A DNA stretch of 64,000 nt. It comes from Octopus bimaculoides. Taxonomy: Eukaryota. The position numbers were made by a program, and so were the translations under genes. The stretch is taken from assembly GCF_001194135.2 (NCBI RefSeq), contig NC_068981.1, forward strand, positions 73,036,335 to 73,100,334. The letters are read 5' to 3'. Position 1 is the first letter of the stretch. Every line of letters starts with the position of its first letter. The notes below the pieces were generated by a model. That model was not told the DNA's origin, searched no databases, and saw nothing but the letters and a program-made list of their open reading frames with translations. Shown here one piece after another: positions 1 through 14,225 of this stretch.

Positions 1-190
1 GACACGTAAAAGCACCTACTACACTCTCTGAGTGGTTGGCATTAGGAAGGGCATCCAGCTGTAGAAACTCTGCCAAATTTAGATTGGAGCCTGGTGTTGC
101 CATCTGGTTTCGCCATTCCTCAGTCAAATCGTCCAACCCATGCTAGCATGGAAAGCGGACGTTAAACAATGATGATGATGATGATGATGA
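1..190 (+). mobile_element. RTE-tail retroposon, young copy; more copies at about 1455-1635 +, 7423-7589 -, 18757-18915 -, 21089-21246 -, 27857-28012 +, 28540-28905 -, 50915-51110 -, 59708-59880 +, 60900-61200 -
   Basis: Shared ggcatccagctgtagaaac...catgctagcatggaaagcggacgttaaac followed by a (GAT)n tail. Confidence 0.85.
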
Positions 191-481
191 TAGACACACA
201 CACTTTTTGAACAATCTTGCTGACCAAGACTGTATTAGTAAAGAGATTATGTTCTGGTCAGCAGGTCTCACAATTTGCCTGTAATTGCTAAGAGCAATAA
301 TAGATGTGAAACCAATGGTACCTCTCTGACCAGCCATAACCAATGCCTACATTAAATATATATATATATATATATATGTGTTATGTTTGTGTGTCTATTT
401 TTACATATATGTATATTATGTGTATGTATATGTGTATATATATTTATAACTATATCTATATAGCTATCTTTCTATCTTTCT

Positions 482-520
<39 letters not shown>

Positions 521-1151
521 TCACAGACATTTATAAATATATACATATAACACACACACACACACACACACGTGTATGTGTACATTTATGCACGTGCATA
601 GAGAAAGTAATGTATTCATCATATTTTAGAAAACATACATAATTCAGCTACTTATCTAATATCTCAAGACTTCATATAAACAAAACGAAAGCTGTATCTT
701 GCTTGTATCCCTCCATCTCCCCTCCTCCCTCATAAAATCTGCATTAAAAATAAATGGGTTTGTAGACCTGAAATTCTTCTGATAATAACCATTTAGCCAA
801 GGGAACTAGATGCTTAATGGAAATATTTAAAAGAAAATTGTTTTGGAGGATTGAGACTGATTAGGTGGAATGTTTAAAGAAGAATCGGTTTACTAGCTTA
901 TGTCAGCCGTCAAATGAAATGGGATTTAATAATATTTATTTTAGCATTGAAATTTTATATGTAATGTTTGTTGTGCGTGAATCTTGTTAGCTGGCTATCA
1001 CTTTTTGATCATACAGTCATTGCATTAGAAGTTCAGTAGTTGTGTTAGAAGCAGAGAGAAACATTGCTGAGCTGACACATACATACACTCACATGTACAT
1101 ACTTGCTTACTTATATGTATATATATATATATACATACACACACACACACA

Positions 1152-1368
1152 CGAGTGGGATGCTGAAAAGTTCCTGGCTTTAAGTAAAAGAAAATACAGG
1201 GGGATCAGTTAATTATGATTTTATTAAACATGTCCCCCTCTCAGATTCACATACTTATCGCAGCAATCCTTCAGTTTTTCTAAGCCATGTAAGAGAACTC
1301 AGAACATTGGGCCTCCAACCAGGCCTTTCGTGAAACTCTTAAAGCTCGGAACTTTTCAGCACTCCCTC
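1152..1368. mobile_element. mariner-type MITE; partial inverted copy at about 26463-26638
   Basis: TIR-like ends gagtgggatgctgaaaagttcctggcttt ... aaagctcggaacttttcagcactccctc. Confidence 0.7.
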
Positions 1369-3117
1369 AACTGGTACATAGCCACATCCCCTCAGTATTA
1401 CTCCTTCCAGTTAAGGAGGGTTTTGTTTTGCAATGTACTTGATGACCCTCTAGGTGCAGGTGTCACATAAAAAGCACCTGGTACCCTCTGTGAAGTGGTT
1501 GGTGTTAGAAAGAGCATCCAACTGTAGAAGCCAGGCCAAAATAGACAATGGAACCTGGTGTGGTTCCTGGCTTTGCCTGTTCCTGTCAAACTATCTGACT
1601 CATGCCAGCATGGAAAGCGGATGTTAAATGATGAAGGTACGCGCATATAAGAATGATAGTGTGATTAAGAGGTTTGCTTTTCAACTGCAGGAATTCTGGT
1701 CCAAGTTGCCTTGCACAGCACCTTGGGTAAGTGTCTCCTACTAACCTCTGAATGATCAAGACCTTGAAAGTGGGTTTGGTAGAAGAAAACTGAAAGAAAA
1801 GCTTCACACGCACATATATATACACATGTGTGTGTACATCCATCCATCCATCCATCCCTTGTTCGTTCAAATATGTAGAAAAATACAGGAATCAATCTGC
1901 CCTTGTATAGTATATGAGTCTGATGTCTACTTCAAAAGCTTAAGGGTATCTAAACTATTTGCCCAAAGAAAATGTTGAAATGAGACGGTTGGTTGCAGCT
2001 GTTTGATTGCTGATAATTTGACACAACTGGCTGGACATTCAACTTGCTTTTTGTGCCAGGACTTTTTGGTGCTGGAGGAACACAAATACCCCCCCCCCCC
2101 CAAAAAAAAAAAACAAAACAAACACACATACACGCATGTGTGCATGTGCAGAAATATACACTTACAGATAGAGAGCATGAGAGAGAGAGAGAGNNNNNNN
2201 NNNAAAAAAAACAAAACAAACACACATACACGCATGTGTGCATGTGCAGAAATATACACTTACAGATAGAGAGCATGAGAGAGAGAGAGAACTTAAGATT
2301 TATTAATTGAATACAATTGACATAAACACTTTCTCACTTCTCATACGGGGAGAGAGAGAGAGAGAGAGAGAGAAATATGGGGCAGATGGAGACAATGAGT
2401 GAAACATAAAAACAACTGAAATCAAACAAGTCAGCATTGAATCAGCAATACCAAATAAGCAGCGCCAACCAGCTGTTTCAAAAATGTGCTTGTTTTGCAC
2501 CAAATATGAAAATCATGTAATCTGAGCCCTAGATCTCTGTATTCTGTAGAATACTGGTCAGTGGATTTAACTCCTGTGAGAAAACCTAAACATCTTGCTT
2601 ATTTTTCTCAAATTACCTAGCATGTGATTGAGACAAGATTGCATATGATTACATAACACACTCTAGGACATTATTTATGTAAGAATGTATAATTTTATGT
2701 TTAGGCTTAAAATATTTTTCCCTTTAAATCTTTATTTTAAAATTTCAAAATGGAATGATTTGTTGTGTTTTAATTTCTGATTTTTGCTTGGTATTTTATG
2801 ATGCTTTTACATAACTTTGCTGTTTTCAAGTTATTTCTTATTTGTCTTCTAAAATAGATGTTCTGGAAGACTGCTTAGACTAAGAACGTTGCTATTTGTG
2901 ATTGTGTATGTATGTCTGTTTGTATGTGTGTGTGTGTGTGTATATATATACAGATACAAACACACGTATAGATGTATTTTGTATTTGTATACATGTATGT
3001 GAATGTAATGTATGTATGTTTATATGTGTGTGTATATATGTTTGTGTGTGTACATATATCTATATATGTGTAAATATGTGTGTATATAATAATAATAATG
3101 ATGATGATGATGATGAA

Positions 3118-3156
<39 letters not shown>

Positions 3157-5129
3157 TATATTATAGCTGAAAGCCAAAATGAAAAACATAAGAAACAGAA
3201 CATTACTTTAGGATAAAGCTAAATATACATTGTTGTATAAAATTAATTTGTACATGTTATTTGGTGTTACATGTTTTTTTTATTTTTTATTAGCTGTGAG
3301 AGCAAAAATGGACGTCTATCTAAAAATTTGCATTTATAACAGTTCTGAATTTTAGATATTTGAGCTTTTTATCTTTCAATATTGATGGAAACACTATCAC
3401 TTTTCATGAAAAAATTGTTGTTACTGTTTAGCCACGAGTCTACCTTGACAGGAAATCTATGATCAGTGACTTACCAACCATGGCTGTCTCAGTTTATTTT
3501 TAATGTATCTAGGACTACATTATTTAATATTTTATTCTTTTATTCTTTTTTCAGTCATTTGATTGTGGCCATGCTGGAACACCACCTTGGAGGGTTCCTT
3601 TTTAGTTGAACAAATCGACCCCAGGATTTACTTCTTAAGCCTAGTACTTGTTATATTGGTTTCTTTTGCCAAACTGCAAAGTTACAGGGATGTAAATGCA
3701 CCAACACCGGTTGTCATATGGTGATGGAGGGACAAATACAGATACAAGGACACACATAGATTTACATCCATCCATCAATCCATACATACATACATACATA
3801 CATACATACATACAAACAAACAAACAGGAGTTAAGGAATGGAGTAGATAAGATCTGGGCTACGTATGTTTCATAGCGAGTGGAACTTCAGAAGTGGTAAA
3901 TATCCAAGTGAGGTATATACCACAGGCTGCTCTTCAGGCCAATGACAAGGCTTTTTTCAATTTCCATCTACCAAATCCACTCACAAGGCTATAGTAGAAG
4001 ACACTTGCCTGAGGTGCCACACAATGGGACTGAACCGGGAACCATGTGGTTGAAAAGCAAGCTTTTTACCACACAGCCACATGTTTGATTTTTAGGGAAC
4101 TTGACTGTTATTTTTAGCATCAGGAGGTGCAACTATGTAGAAGAGACATGGGCAAATTGTGGACTGTGAAATTATATGAATGACTGTTCTAACGAAAAAT
4201 TGCCTTAAAAGTTTTTAGTAGTGCAACCTGCCTGTTGATCCATGTCTCATGTAGCCCACTTCTCATAAAAGGTTGTCCATGCCTGATGTAAAGGCTTTCA
4301 TGTTGGCTTGTTCAGGAAGAAATTATATAATTGTAGTGGCTTAGCTTCATTAAGGTTTTAGTCATCAGGCTGATCCTTAATTCCTATCTCTGTAGTGATA
4401 AGGAGATGAATAATAAACAACTTCTTTTTTTTTTTTTTTTTGGTCACAATTGTGAATTTCTGTATGTGTTTTGTGTGTGTATAATCTTAGTAAATTTTTG
4501 TACCATTCCAATTTGACAAGTTCTCAGAAATAACTCAACCTCAACTAAAATACACCGTTAGATTTTGTAAGCCACAACATTATCTTATGAACCACTGTTT
4601 CTCCTTGATAGCCATCATGATGATCATCATCTTTTAATCTCCATGTTCCAGGCTGGCATGGGTTGGATGATTTGACAGGCTCTGATGGGCCCAGAGAATG
4701 CATCAGACTCCAGTGTTTTTTTTTTGACATGATTTTAATGGCCTTTATAATGCCAGTCACTTCACAGCATGTACTGGGCATTTTTCTTCTTTTTTTTTTT
4801 GTTCCACTACTACTAGTGATGCTGTCATGTAGTTTACAAGTTTATAAGACTATATACCTGTGTGGGGGTGGAGTAGGAGAGGGACTTTTTGCTAAGAGAT
4901 GTGGGACAAAAGTTGGAATAAAAGTATGAGAGAAGGAGCCAAAGCAGAACACATCTTTTCTGCTGTATAGGAGCTACATGACTGCTTACATTTTAGAAGA
5001 GAGGGTGTGAGTGATTGATTGGAACAGAGTGTGATGAAGATCAATAGATCTTACATAATGAAATCATGCTGGACCCTAGACCATCATTAAAAATATTTCT
5101 GTGTTTAAAATATAAGCATTATACTTGGG

Positions 5130-5659
5130 TTAACCCTCTAGCATTCACAGTATTCTGTCAAGTTCGCTTCTTGGATCGGGCTATGTGTTGTGTTATTCAG
5201 CAAGACACTTTATTTCATGTTGTTCCAGTTCACTCAGTTGTAGAAATGAGTTGCGATGTCACTGGTGCAAAGCTGTATCAGTCTTTGCCTTTCCCTTGGA
5301 TAACATCGGTGGCTTGGAGAGGGAAGGCTGGTATGCATGGGCAACTGCTGGTCTTCCATAAACAACCTTGCCCAGACTTGTGCTTCAGAGGGTAACTTTC
5401 TAGGTGCAATCCTTTGGTCATTGAGGACCGATGGGGGTCTTTACCCTTTACCCTATTCTATCAAATATAATGCTTATTTATTCACATTGCTTTCAGTTAA
5501 TTGTGGATTATCTTCTAGCTTCAAGATTTTAATGCTGCAATTATTTATTTTAGAATAACATTGTTGGATAGATGTGAGAGGTTGGATTTGGCCAGTTCAA
5601 ATATAAAACAGGTAGAATAATTAGGCCAGGTATGACCAGTTTAAATGCTAAAGGGTTAA
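5130..5659 (+). mobile_element. TTAA-flanked MITE family F (piggyBac-like) with an inserted SINE; other copies at about 16570-16790, 22229-22405, 45421-45629, 48231-48633 (two back to back), 51343-51570
   Basis: Termini ttaaCCCT.TAGCATT...AATGCTAAAGGGttaa. Confidence 0.75.
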
Positions 5660-6357
5660 AATATTTTATTTCTGAGAAAAATCACAACTCCTCTAAACAC
5701 TGTTCTCTCATATCTGCCCTTGATATTTGTCACCACTTTGTGAGCTCATAACAACTTCAAGTGGGTACTGCTGCCCAGATTAAGATACACTTGATTAACC
5801 CTTTCGATACCAGCCTGGCTGAAACCGGCTCTGGCTCTGTAGTACAAATGTCCTGTTTTCATAAGTTTTGAATTAAAATCTTCCACCAAACTTTAGTCAC
5901 AATTTATATTCCCAACACTTGCTGAATGATAACTAAGTTATTTTACTAAATTTTTTGTTATATTTAAAATTAATTGAAAGAAGCACAGAACGTCTCAAAA
6001 TAATATGGTAACCCCAGTAGTTGACTTCTATTATTTAATTTACTCTGGAAAGATGATAAAAGTCAGCCTCATAAGAATGTAAAGAGATATAAACAGTACT
6101 GTTAGGCATTATTTGACGCTTTTGCTGATTCAACGTTCTTAAGAAAAGACATAAATATCTCATTCTCTGGTTTGTATTTAAACATATCTTTGTTTTCATA
6201 TGGAAAAGGTTTCTTAACTATATATATATAGAATAATAATAATAATGATAATAATGATAATATCAGGGATAAAAATCCAAATTTACCGGGAAAAATTATG
6301 TAGGTTTTCATGGATGAATTCAATAATTGTGGTTTTTTTCTCTAAATTATATATATA

Positions 6358-6435
6358 TATATATAAATTTAATGAATGGAGTAAAACGCATATGTTAACA
6401 TATGCGTTTTGCTCCATTCACTAAATTTATATATA
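6358..6435. repeat. Spacerless palindrome with 39-bp arms and 2 mismatches
   Basis: tatatataaatttaatgaatggagtaaaacgcatatgtt|aacatatgcgttttgctccattcactaaatttatatata. Confidence 0.9.
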
Positions 6436-7244
6436 CTCTAGTACCCAAAATAACAAGGAGTTTCTACCTCATAAACAGGAGTTACACCACAGTCATTTTG
6501 TGATCTTTGCTACCCTGGTATCTATTAACCAATTTATTTTGTCCGAGTTATTTATTAATTAGGAGAAAATAAATACATATAATAAAAAAAAAATATATAT
6601 ATATACATATATAGCCAAAGTAACAGTAACAAACTACATTATAGTTACTTTGGATTTCAAAAGCATTGCTATTTAATCTGGCTCTCTAGTTTTTCACATG
6701 CCTTCCATATATTTTGTTTAAGTATCACAGTGCAAGTTATATTAGAAAATATTAAAAAATAAAGGCAGCTTCCCTTCACAAAGAAAATTTCAATAGTGTC
6801 AAGAAAAAAAACCAAAAAAAAACTGCATAACGTGCATCATAGGCTTAGGTGCAGGCATGGCTGATGGTAAGAAGTTTGTTTTCCAACCATATGGTTCTGG
6901 GTTCAGTCCCACTATGTACTGCCTTGGCAAGTGCCCTCTACTATAGCTGCAGGCTGGCCAGATCTTTTGAGCAGATTTTGTATCTGGAAACTGAAAGAAG
7001 CCTGTCATATGTATATATATATGTATATATCTATGTGTGTGTGTGTCTGCGTTTGAGCAGCCATGTTGTATTTGAACCTGAATGATTGCTCTATAATACA
7101 GAACATGCTATACAAGCTTGTCCAACTATTGTATTATCAGAGGCATGAAACTTTCAGTAGCTCTCATTTAAATCCTTTCTGTATATTAAATATTAAAAAT
7201 ACTTGAGTACTTTTTGTTGACCCCCCACTAATAATAACAGTATA

Positions 7245-7357
<113 letters not shown>

Positions 7358-9375
7358 TGCATACATAGTGTGTGTGTGTGTGAATGTATTTATACTTTAG
7401 TAGCATATATATATATATATATATCATCATCATCATCATCGTTTAATGTCCGCTTTCCATGCTAGCATGGGTTGGACGATTTGACTGAGGACTGGTGAAA
7501 CCGGATGGCAACACCAGGCTCCAATCTAAATTTGGCAGAGTTTCTACAGCTGGATGCCGTTCCTAACGCCAACCACTCAGAGAGTGTAGTATATATATAT
7601 ATGTATATATATATATCATCATCATCATCACTATTTGGCATTTATTGAATGATGATAATGGTGATATATATATATGCTTCTAAAGTATAAATACATTCAC
7701 ACACACAATACACATACACACACACCTACACATATCTTCATGTATAGAAATTTATTCTTTAATAATGTATGTTTAAACTTTAACAGATTTTTTTTTTCTT
7801 TACTAGCATATATGAATATATACTTTAACAGAATAACACAGACATATATTTACATATATACGTGTATATAATTTATACTTAAATAGCAAATATATATATA
7901 GATATATTTCTGCTTTGCCATTTCTGTATTTCAATATCTCAACATACTACATTATAAATATTTACACCAAAATAAAATCTGTAAGAATTCAAGCCAAGAG
8001 TGAACTGTTCCATGGCTACGATGGCTACTTTATACCCACTAAAAATAGCAACCAAATTGCTTGAAATGGCAATGTGTTTCTTCTTCTTCACAATAATTGC
8101 ATTTACACTGCATTTATTTGAATTTATTTTTATTACTACACATTATCATATGAAATGTTGTTTGTTGTTCAGCTCTGATTTAGCAGAGCTGTGATCAAAG
8201 ACATTCCAACCATGACCATACTGTTTTTTATCTTTTACTTGTTTGAGTCATTGGACTCTGGCCATGCTGTGGCATCGCCCTGAAGGGTTTAGTCCAACAA
8301 ATTGACCTCAGTACTTAGTTTTATTTAAAGCCTGGTCCTTATTCTTTCGGTCTCTTTTGCTGAAATGCTCTGTTACAAGGATGTAAACAAACCAACACTG
8401 GTTGTTAAGTAGCGTGGGGTACATATGCAAAGACATGCACACACATGACAGGCTTTGTTTGGTATCTCCCTCAAATTATACCCTCTTGTCTTTAACTCTT
8501 TGCCTGTCCTGTGTATCACATCTGATATATGAACCCCAGGGAAATCACTTTTTTTTAAATGTGTCTCCACAGATTTTCTACAGAATTTAGAGCCAGCACT
8601 GAGGGTTATAATGTTTTATACAGGAATTGTTGTTGTTGGCACTCCGTCGGTTACGACGTCGAGGGTTCCAGTTGATCCGATCAACGGAACAGCCTGCTTG
8701 TGAAATTAACGTGCAAGTGGTAGGCACTCCACAGACACGTGCACCCTTAACGCAGTTCTCGGAGATATTCAGCGTGACACAGTGTGACAAGGCTGACCCT
8801 TTGAATTACAGGCACAACAGAAACAGGAAGTAAGTGTGAGAGAAAGTTGTGGTGAAAGAGTACAGCAGGGTTCGCCACCATCCCCTGCAGAGCCTCGGGG
8901 AGCTTTAGGTGTTTTCGCTCAATAAACACTCACAATGCCTGGTCTGGGAATCGAAACCACGATCCTATGACCGCGAGTCCGCTGCCCTAACCACTGGACC
9001 ATTGCGCCTCCACTTTCTTAAAATAGTAATGTGCATTTCAAGATGTTTTGCTGTTATTTCTAGTGGGTTCGATCACCTTACAGGGGTTCTTTTTGTTGGT
9101 TTCTTTTGTTGTTTGTGACAGAATTCTTCCTAAATCTCCGAAGATTGAATGCCTGTATACTTAATTCTACACACGCACACACACACTCATGTACACACAC
9201 GCTCACAAAATATTCAATCAAGTTTTACCTGTCTTTGATAATCAATCAACAGGTAATGAGTAGAAGTGCCTCACCTCCCAGTCTTACTGTTCAGTAATAG
9301 TAATAGACTCTCCCAAGTAATTATCATAGCTCTTTATTTGGTTCAACCCCAGCTCTTTTACATTACACACACACA

Positions 9376-9418
<43 letters not shown>

Positions 9419-10445
9419 TCAAAGAGGCAATAAAAATACTTATCTGGTTTCCAGAAGTGATATTATGATGGAAAAAAATCAAGAGATAAAGAAATCATTT
9501 TGTTTTGTTTTCTTTTAGCTTATTTTGCTCTGATTTATGAGATTATTTTAGTAAACAGTGTGTGTGTGTGCTCTTGCACACCTGTGTGCATGTATGAATG
9601 CATGTTTTGTGATTGGTATTTTTATAAACTTGGTAAACTTAATGGTTGTGGAGGCAGTGGTGGCGTTAGTGGTGTTGGCAATTCTTGTGACTTTTATTTT
9701 AGTTGCTGAAATTCTGGTCTAGTCCAATGTCAGCCTCGATTGAATGGACCAATGATCTAATTCATTCCAGTTGTGACCATCCTGTCTTTTGTTCTATATT
9801 TAGGACCACATTGTCAAATGCACCGACCAAAAGATGTTTTTAAGATACAACATCGACTTTGTGCTTCACTAGTGCAAAACTGATAGCTTTTAAAAGGACT
9901 TATTCTTTGTAAGCCTAGTACTTNNNNNNNNNNNNNNNNNNNNNNNNNNNNNNNNNTTTTTAAGATACAACATCGACTTTGTGCTTCACTAGTGCAAAAC
10001 TGATAGCTTTTAAAAGGACTTATTTTTTGTAAGCCTAGTACTTATTCTATCGGTCTCTTTTGCCGAACCGCTAAGTTACGAGGACGTAAACACACCAGCA
10101 TTGGTTGTCAAGCGATGTTGGGGGGACAAACACAGACACAAACACACACACACACTCACACACACACATGATGGGCTTCTTTCAGTTTCCGTCTACCATA
10201 TCCACTCACAAGGCTTTGGTCGGCCCGAGGCTATAGTACAAGTCACTTGCCCAAAGTGCCATGCAGTGGGACTGAACCTGGAACCATGCAATTCGTAAGC
10301 AGGCTACTTACCACACAGCCACTCTTACACCTAATAATAATTATTAAAATGTTTTGAGTATTGTTGAAAGATAGCTAATTTATTGCAAATAAATTTTAAC
10401 ACCAAAATCTTTTTTGGACCCTGGTTGAGAACCAGTGATATAGAC

Positions 10446-10627
10446 CAGTGCTCCGCAACCTTTTTCCGCTTGCTGTACCCTTATATTTTCAAGATTCGGT
10501 GGCACACCTGAACTAAAAATATAACTAAAGGAATAGGGTAAAAATTATATCCCGGTTACACTGTGGCACACCTAACATCATCTCGTGGCACACCAGTGTT
10601 CCGTGGCATACCAGTTGCAGCGCACTG
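10446..10627. mobile_element. hAT/Charlie-type MITE
   Basis: Termini CAGTGCTCCGCAAC ... GTTGCAGCGCACTG inside a tagac/gtcta target-like context. Confidence 0.6.
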
Positions 10628-11988
10628 GTCTAGCACTATATTATCCATATGTGGAATTTTGTTTTCTGAGACACTATTTTTTTAATCTTTTATTTGTTTC
10701 AGTCATTAGAATGCGGCCATACTGGGGCACCACCTTAAAAAGTTTTTGGTTGAATGTATCGACTTTTTATAAGTCTGGTACTTATTCTATTGCTTTCTTT
10801 TGCTGAACCGCTAAGTTACGGGATGTAAACACACTGACACTTGTTGTCAGGTAGTAGTGGGGAGATGAACAAAGACACTCACACACACATATATACAATG
10901 GACTTCTTTCAGTTTCTGTCTATCAAATCCACTCACAAGNNNNNNNNNNTGTGTGTGTGTGTGTGTATGTGTTATTTTCAGTGGTGTTGGTGCTGGTTGT
11001 ATTGGCTCCTTCTATGGTAGTGGCGATGGGAATGCGGGGGTGGTTGTGGTTCTTAGTGCAATGATTATTGTCAGTGGTTGGTGATGATGGTGGCTCCTTG
11101 TGTAGCAGTGATGATTGTTAGTGTGCTGGTGATAGTGATGGTGGTGTGGATGGTGGTGATTTCTTAGTGGTAGAGATGTTTGTTGTTATTGTTGCTGTCA
11201 GTGGTGGTGGTGGTGATGATGGTGGGTGCTTATTGAAGTAATTCCCCTATGTACAATAATGGTGATTGCTAGTGCCCTTGTTGGTGGCGGTGATCATGGC
11301 AGTGGTGTCAGGTGGTGGTGGTGGTGGTGTCAGGTGGTGGTGGTGATTTCTTGAATGATAGTGATTGTTGTTAGTCATGGTGATGGCGGTAGTGATAGTC
11401 CTTATTATAATGGTTCCCTATGTCTAATAATGGCAATTCTTACTGTTGTTGTTGTTGTTGTTGTCAGTAGTGTGGTGGTGGTGTGGTGGTAGCATTGAGT
11501 TACAGTTATGTGCGTGTGTTTTCCTTTTATAAGCTATCAGTTTTGCACCAGTGAAGCACGAAGTCGATGTTTGCCTTGGATATTGATGTTGACCAGTCTT
11601 TTCAATAAAATGCCCACACTCAATCTTTCTCTCCACCTCTCTCTCCTTCTATAATCATCAATATCTCCTTCATTTCACATTCTTCGATGCTAGACAGCTG
11701 CCAACATTATGTTGTTTATAAAACTCCCCAAAATAAACCAAATTTATAAAAAAAAAAAAATAAAAAAAATTTATCCCCTCCACCCTCGATCCTTTTGTTA
11801 TTTTGTTTGTTTTCCAATTTTCTTCCTATTTTTATTTTGATTTAAAATTTTATGTTTTTTCTTTGTATGTATGTGTGTGTGTATTTTCTTTTATGAAAAT
11901 CAATTTTCTCATTAACTATTCTTCTTTTGAACCTTTATACCCTCCCATTTGCACACATCTGTGCACACAATAAAATACATGCACACGC

Positions 11989-12023
<35 letters not shown>

Positions 12024-12378
12024 NNNNNNNNNNNNNNNNNNNNNNNNNNNNNNNNNNNNNNNNNNNNNNNNNNNNNNNNNNNNNNNNNNNNNNNNNNNAT
12101 GTTGTTTATAAAACTCCCCAAAATAAACCAAATTTATAAAAAAAAAAAAATAAAAAAAATTTATCCCCTCCACCCTCGATCCTTTTGTTATTTTGTTTGT
12201 TTTCCAATTTTCTTCCTATTTTTATTTTGATTTAAAATTTTATGTTTTTTCTTTGTATGTATGTGTGTGTGTATTTTCTTTTATGAAAATCAATTTTCTC
12301 ATTAACTATTCTTCTTTTGAACCTTTATACCCTCCCATTTGCACACATCTGTGCACACAATAAAATACATGCACACGC

Positions 12379-12418
<40 letters not shown>

Positions 12419-13062
12419 CAACACACACCACACACTCACACTCACTCACATACACTCACACACGCTCCAAGAAGAAAACATTGAATAAATACATAATTAA
12501 ATAAACAGAACATTCCAACAGTGGTGTTGGTGGTAGTGGTGGAGGAGGTGGCAAAGGCAAAAACAAAAACAAATGAATAAATAAATATATCAATAGATAT
12601 GATGTGTAGACATGATCAAGTTGCTGGGAGAAGAAAAATAAACATACAAATAAACAAACAAACAAAAAAACAAAATCCAAAATTTGCATTGGGTTAGTTT
12701 AATTATTTTAATCTTGTTTTCCCTTTCCCTCTCTCTTTCTGCTTGTCTGATCTGGACATACATCTTCATCAAGCTATCATCATTGTCAAGACCACTGCCA
12801 CCATCATCATCATCATTGCTGGTATCTTTACCAACATGATTGCTACTATCATCATTATCAGCATCATCATCATCATGAAAACAGAAAAATAGATTTCCTT
12901 GACCAATTGTCTTGTCACTTTAAGAAAACCTAGCATCAGCCTTGTCAATAACCACCACCACTGCCACCGCCACCACCGTCACCATCAATATCATCACTGA
13001 AACATTACCATCCCCCATTGTTGTCCTCATCAATAACTTTATTCATTCGCCTCTGTCTCTTT

Positions 13063-13452
13063 TACTCTTTTACTTGTTTCAGTCATTTGACTGCGGCCAT
13101 GCTGGAGCACCACCTTTAGTCAAGCTAATCGACCCCAGGACTTATTCTTTGTAAGCCTAGTACTTATTCTATCGGTCTCTTTTGCCGAACCACTAAGTTA
13201 CGGGGAAATAAACACACCAGCATCGGTTGTCAAGTGATGTTGGGGGGACACACACAAACATATACACACACACATATATAGATATACATATATACGACGG
13301 GCTTCTTTTAGTTTCCGTCTATCAAATTCACTCACAAGGCTTTGGTCGGCTCGAGGCTATAGTAGAAGACACTTGCCCAAGGTGCCACGCAGTGGGACTG
13401 AACCCGGAACCATGTGGTTAGTAAGCAAGCTACTTACCACACAGCCACTCCT
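13063..13452 (-). mobile_element. tRNA-derived SINE, family A (CORE-like, probably related to the octopus OR families), near full length
   Basis: Head aggagtggctgtgtggtaag...ggttcagtcccactg (A/B box-like), ccttgggcaagtg core, internal TA/CA tract and gactgaaacaagtaaaagag tail. Other copies at about 10043-10330 -, 14375-14770 +, 22870-23545 -, 35744-36453 -, 61430-61720 +, 62423-62830 -. Confidence 0.8.
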
Positions 13453-13997
13453 GTCTCTTCACTTTTACCACCCATCATCATATGTATTTCACTATCATAA
13501 AAACTGATATCGTCATACTACCACAACCACTTCTGTAGATGTATATCTCACCCTCACCTCCCCATAACACCAAACAACCATCTGTCAATCTTGCACGGGA
13601 TAAATCTGTCCTCTTTGAAAATTAATTTTTCCATCAATCTTCAGTTGTCGTTAGTCATGTCATGTTAGTCCAGATGCTTTTGTCTTATATTGTTTTTGTT
13701 ATTTTTTTTTGTTATTTGCCAAATTTAACAACATGCAGAACAGAAGCCTAAGCATGGCTGCAGGTCTAATGACTAACCAGTAAAAGAATATTAACACTCT
13801 TTAGCATTCAGATACTTTGTCAAATATAATATTTATTCACATTGTTTTAAATTAATCATGTATTATTGCATAGGTTTGAGATTTTAATGATGTGATTGTA
13901 AAGTTTTAGAATGACATTGTGAGGTGGGTGTGAGAGACCAGATTGAGCCAGTTTGAACGTGAAACATGTAGCATATTTGGGCTAGGTATGGCTGGTT

Positions 13998-14225
13998 TAA
14001 CCCTTTTGATACGAACCTGGCTGAAACCGGCTCTGCCTCTGTAGTACAAATGTCTTGTTTTCATATGCTTTGAATTAAAATCTTCCACCAAATCTTAGTC
14101 ACAATTTATGTTCCTAACACTAGCTTAATGACAACTAAGTTATTTTACTAAATTCTTTGTTATATTTAAAATTAATTGAAAGAAACACAGAGCATCTCAA
14201 AATAAATATGGTAACGAAAGGGTTA
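13998..14225. mobile_element. TTAA-flanked MITE family E (piggyBac-like) nested in a family-F MITE; partial copies at 5795-6013 and 50319-50535
   Basis: Imperfect TIRs ttaaCCCTTTTGATAC...GTAACGAAAGGGttaa. Confidence 0.75.

Noticed and set aside
280-345. Minus-strand GIGYG-x9-IYY, spaced like an SLC6 transporter motif
   Set aside because: The intervening residues are polar, a stop follows, and there is no usable donor; probably chance.
2100-2290. Direct duplications flanking N gaps (also 9838-10043, 11714-12410, 19632-20093, 28650-28790, 59162-59580)
   Set aside because: Near-identical sequence on both sides of a gap is typical of unmerged contig overlaps, so these are assembly artefacts rather than tandem duplications.
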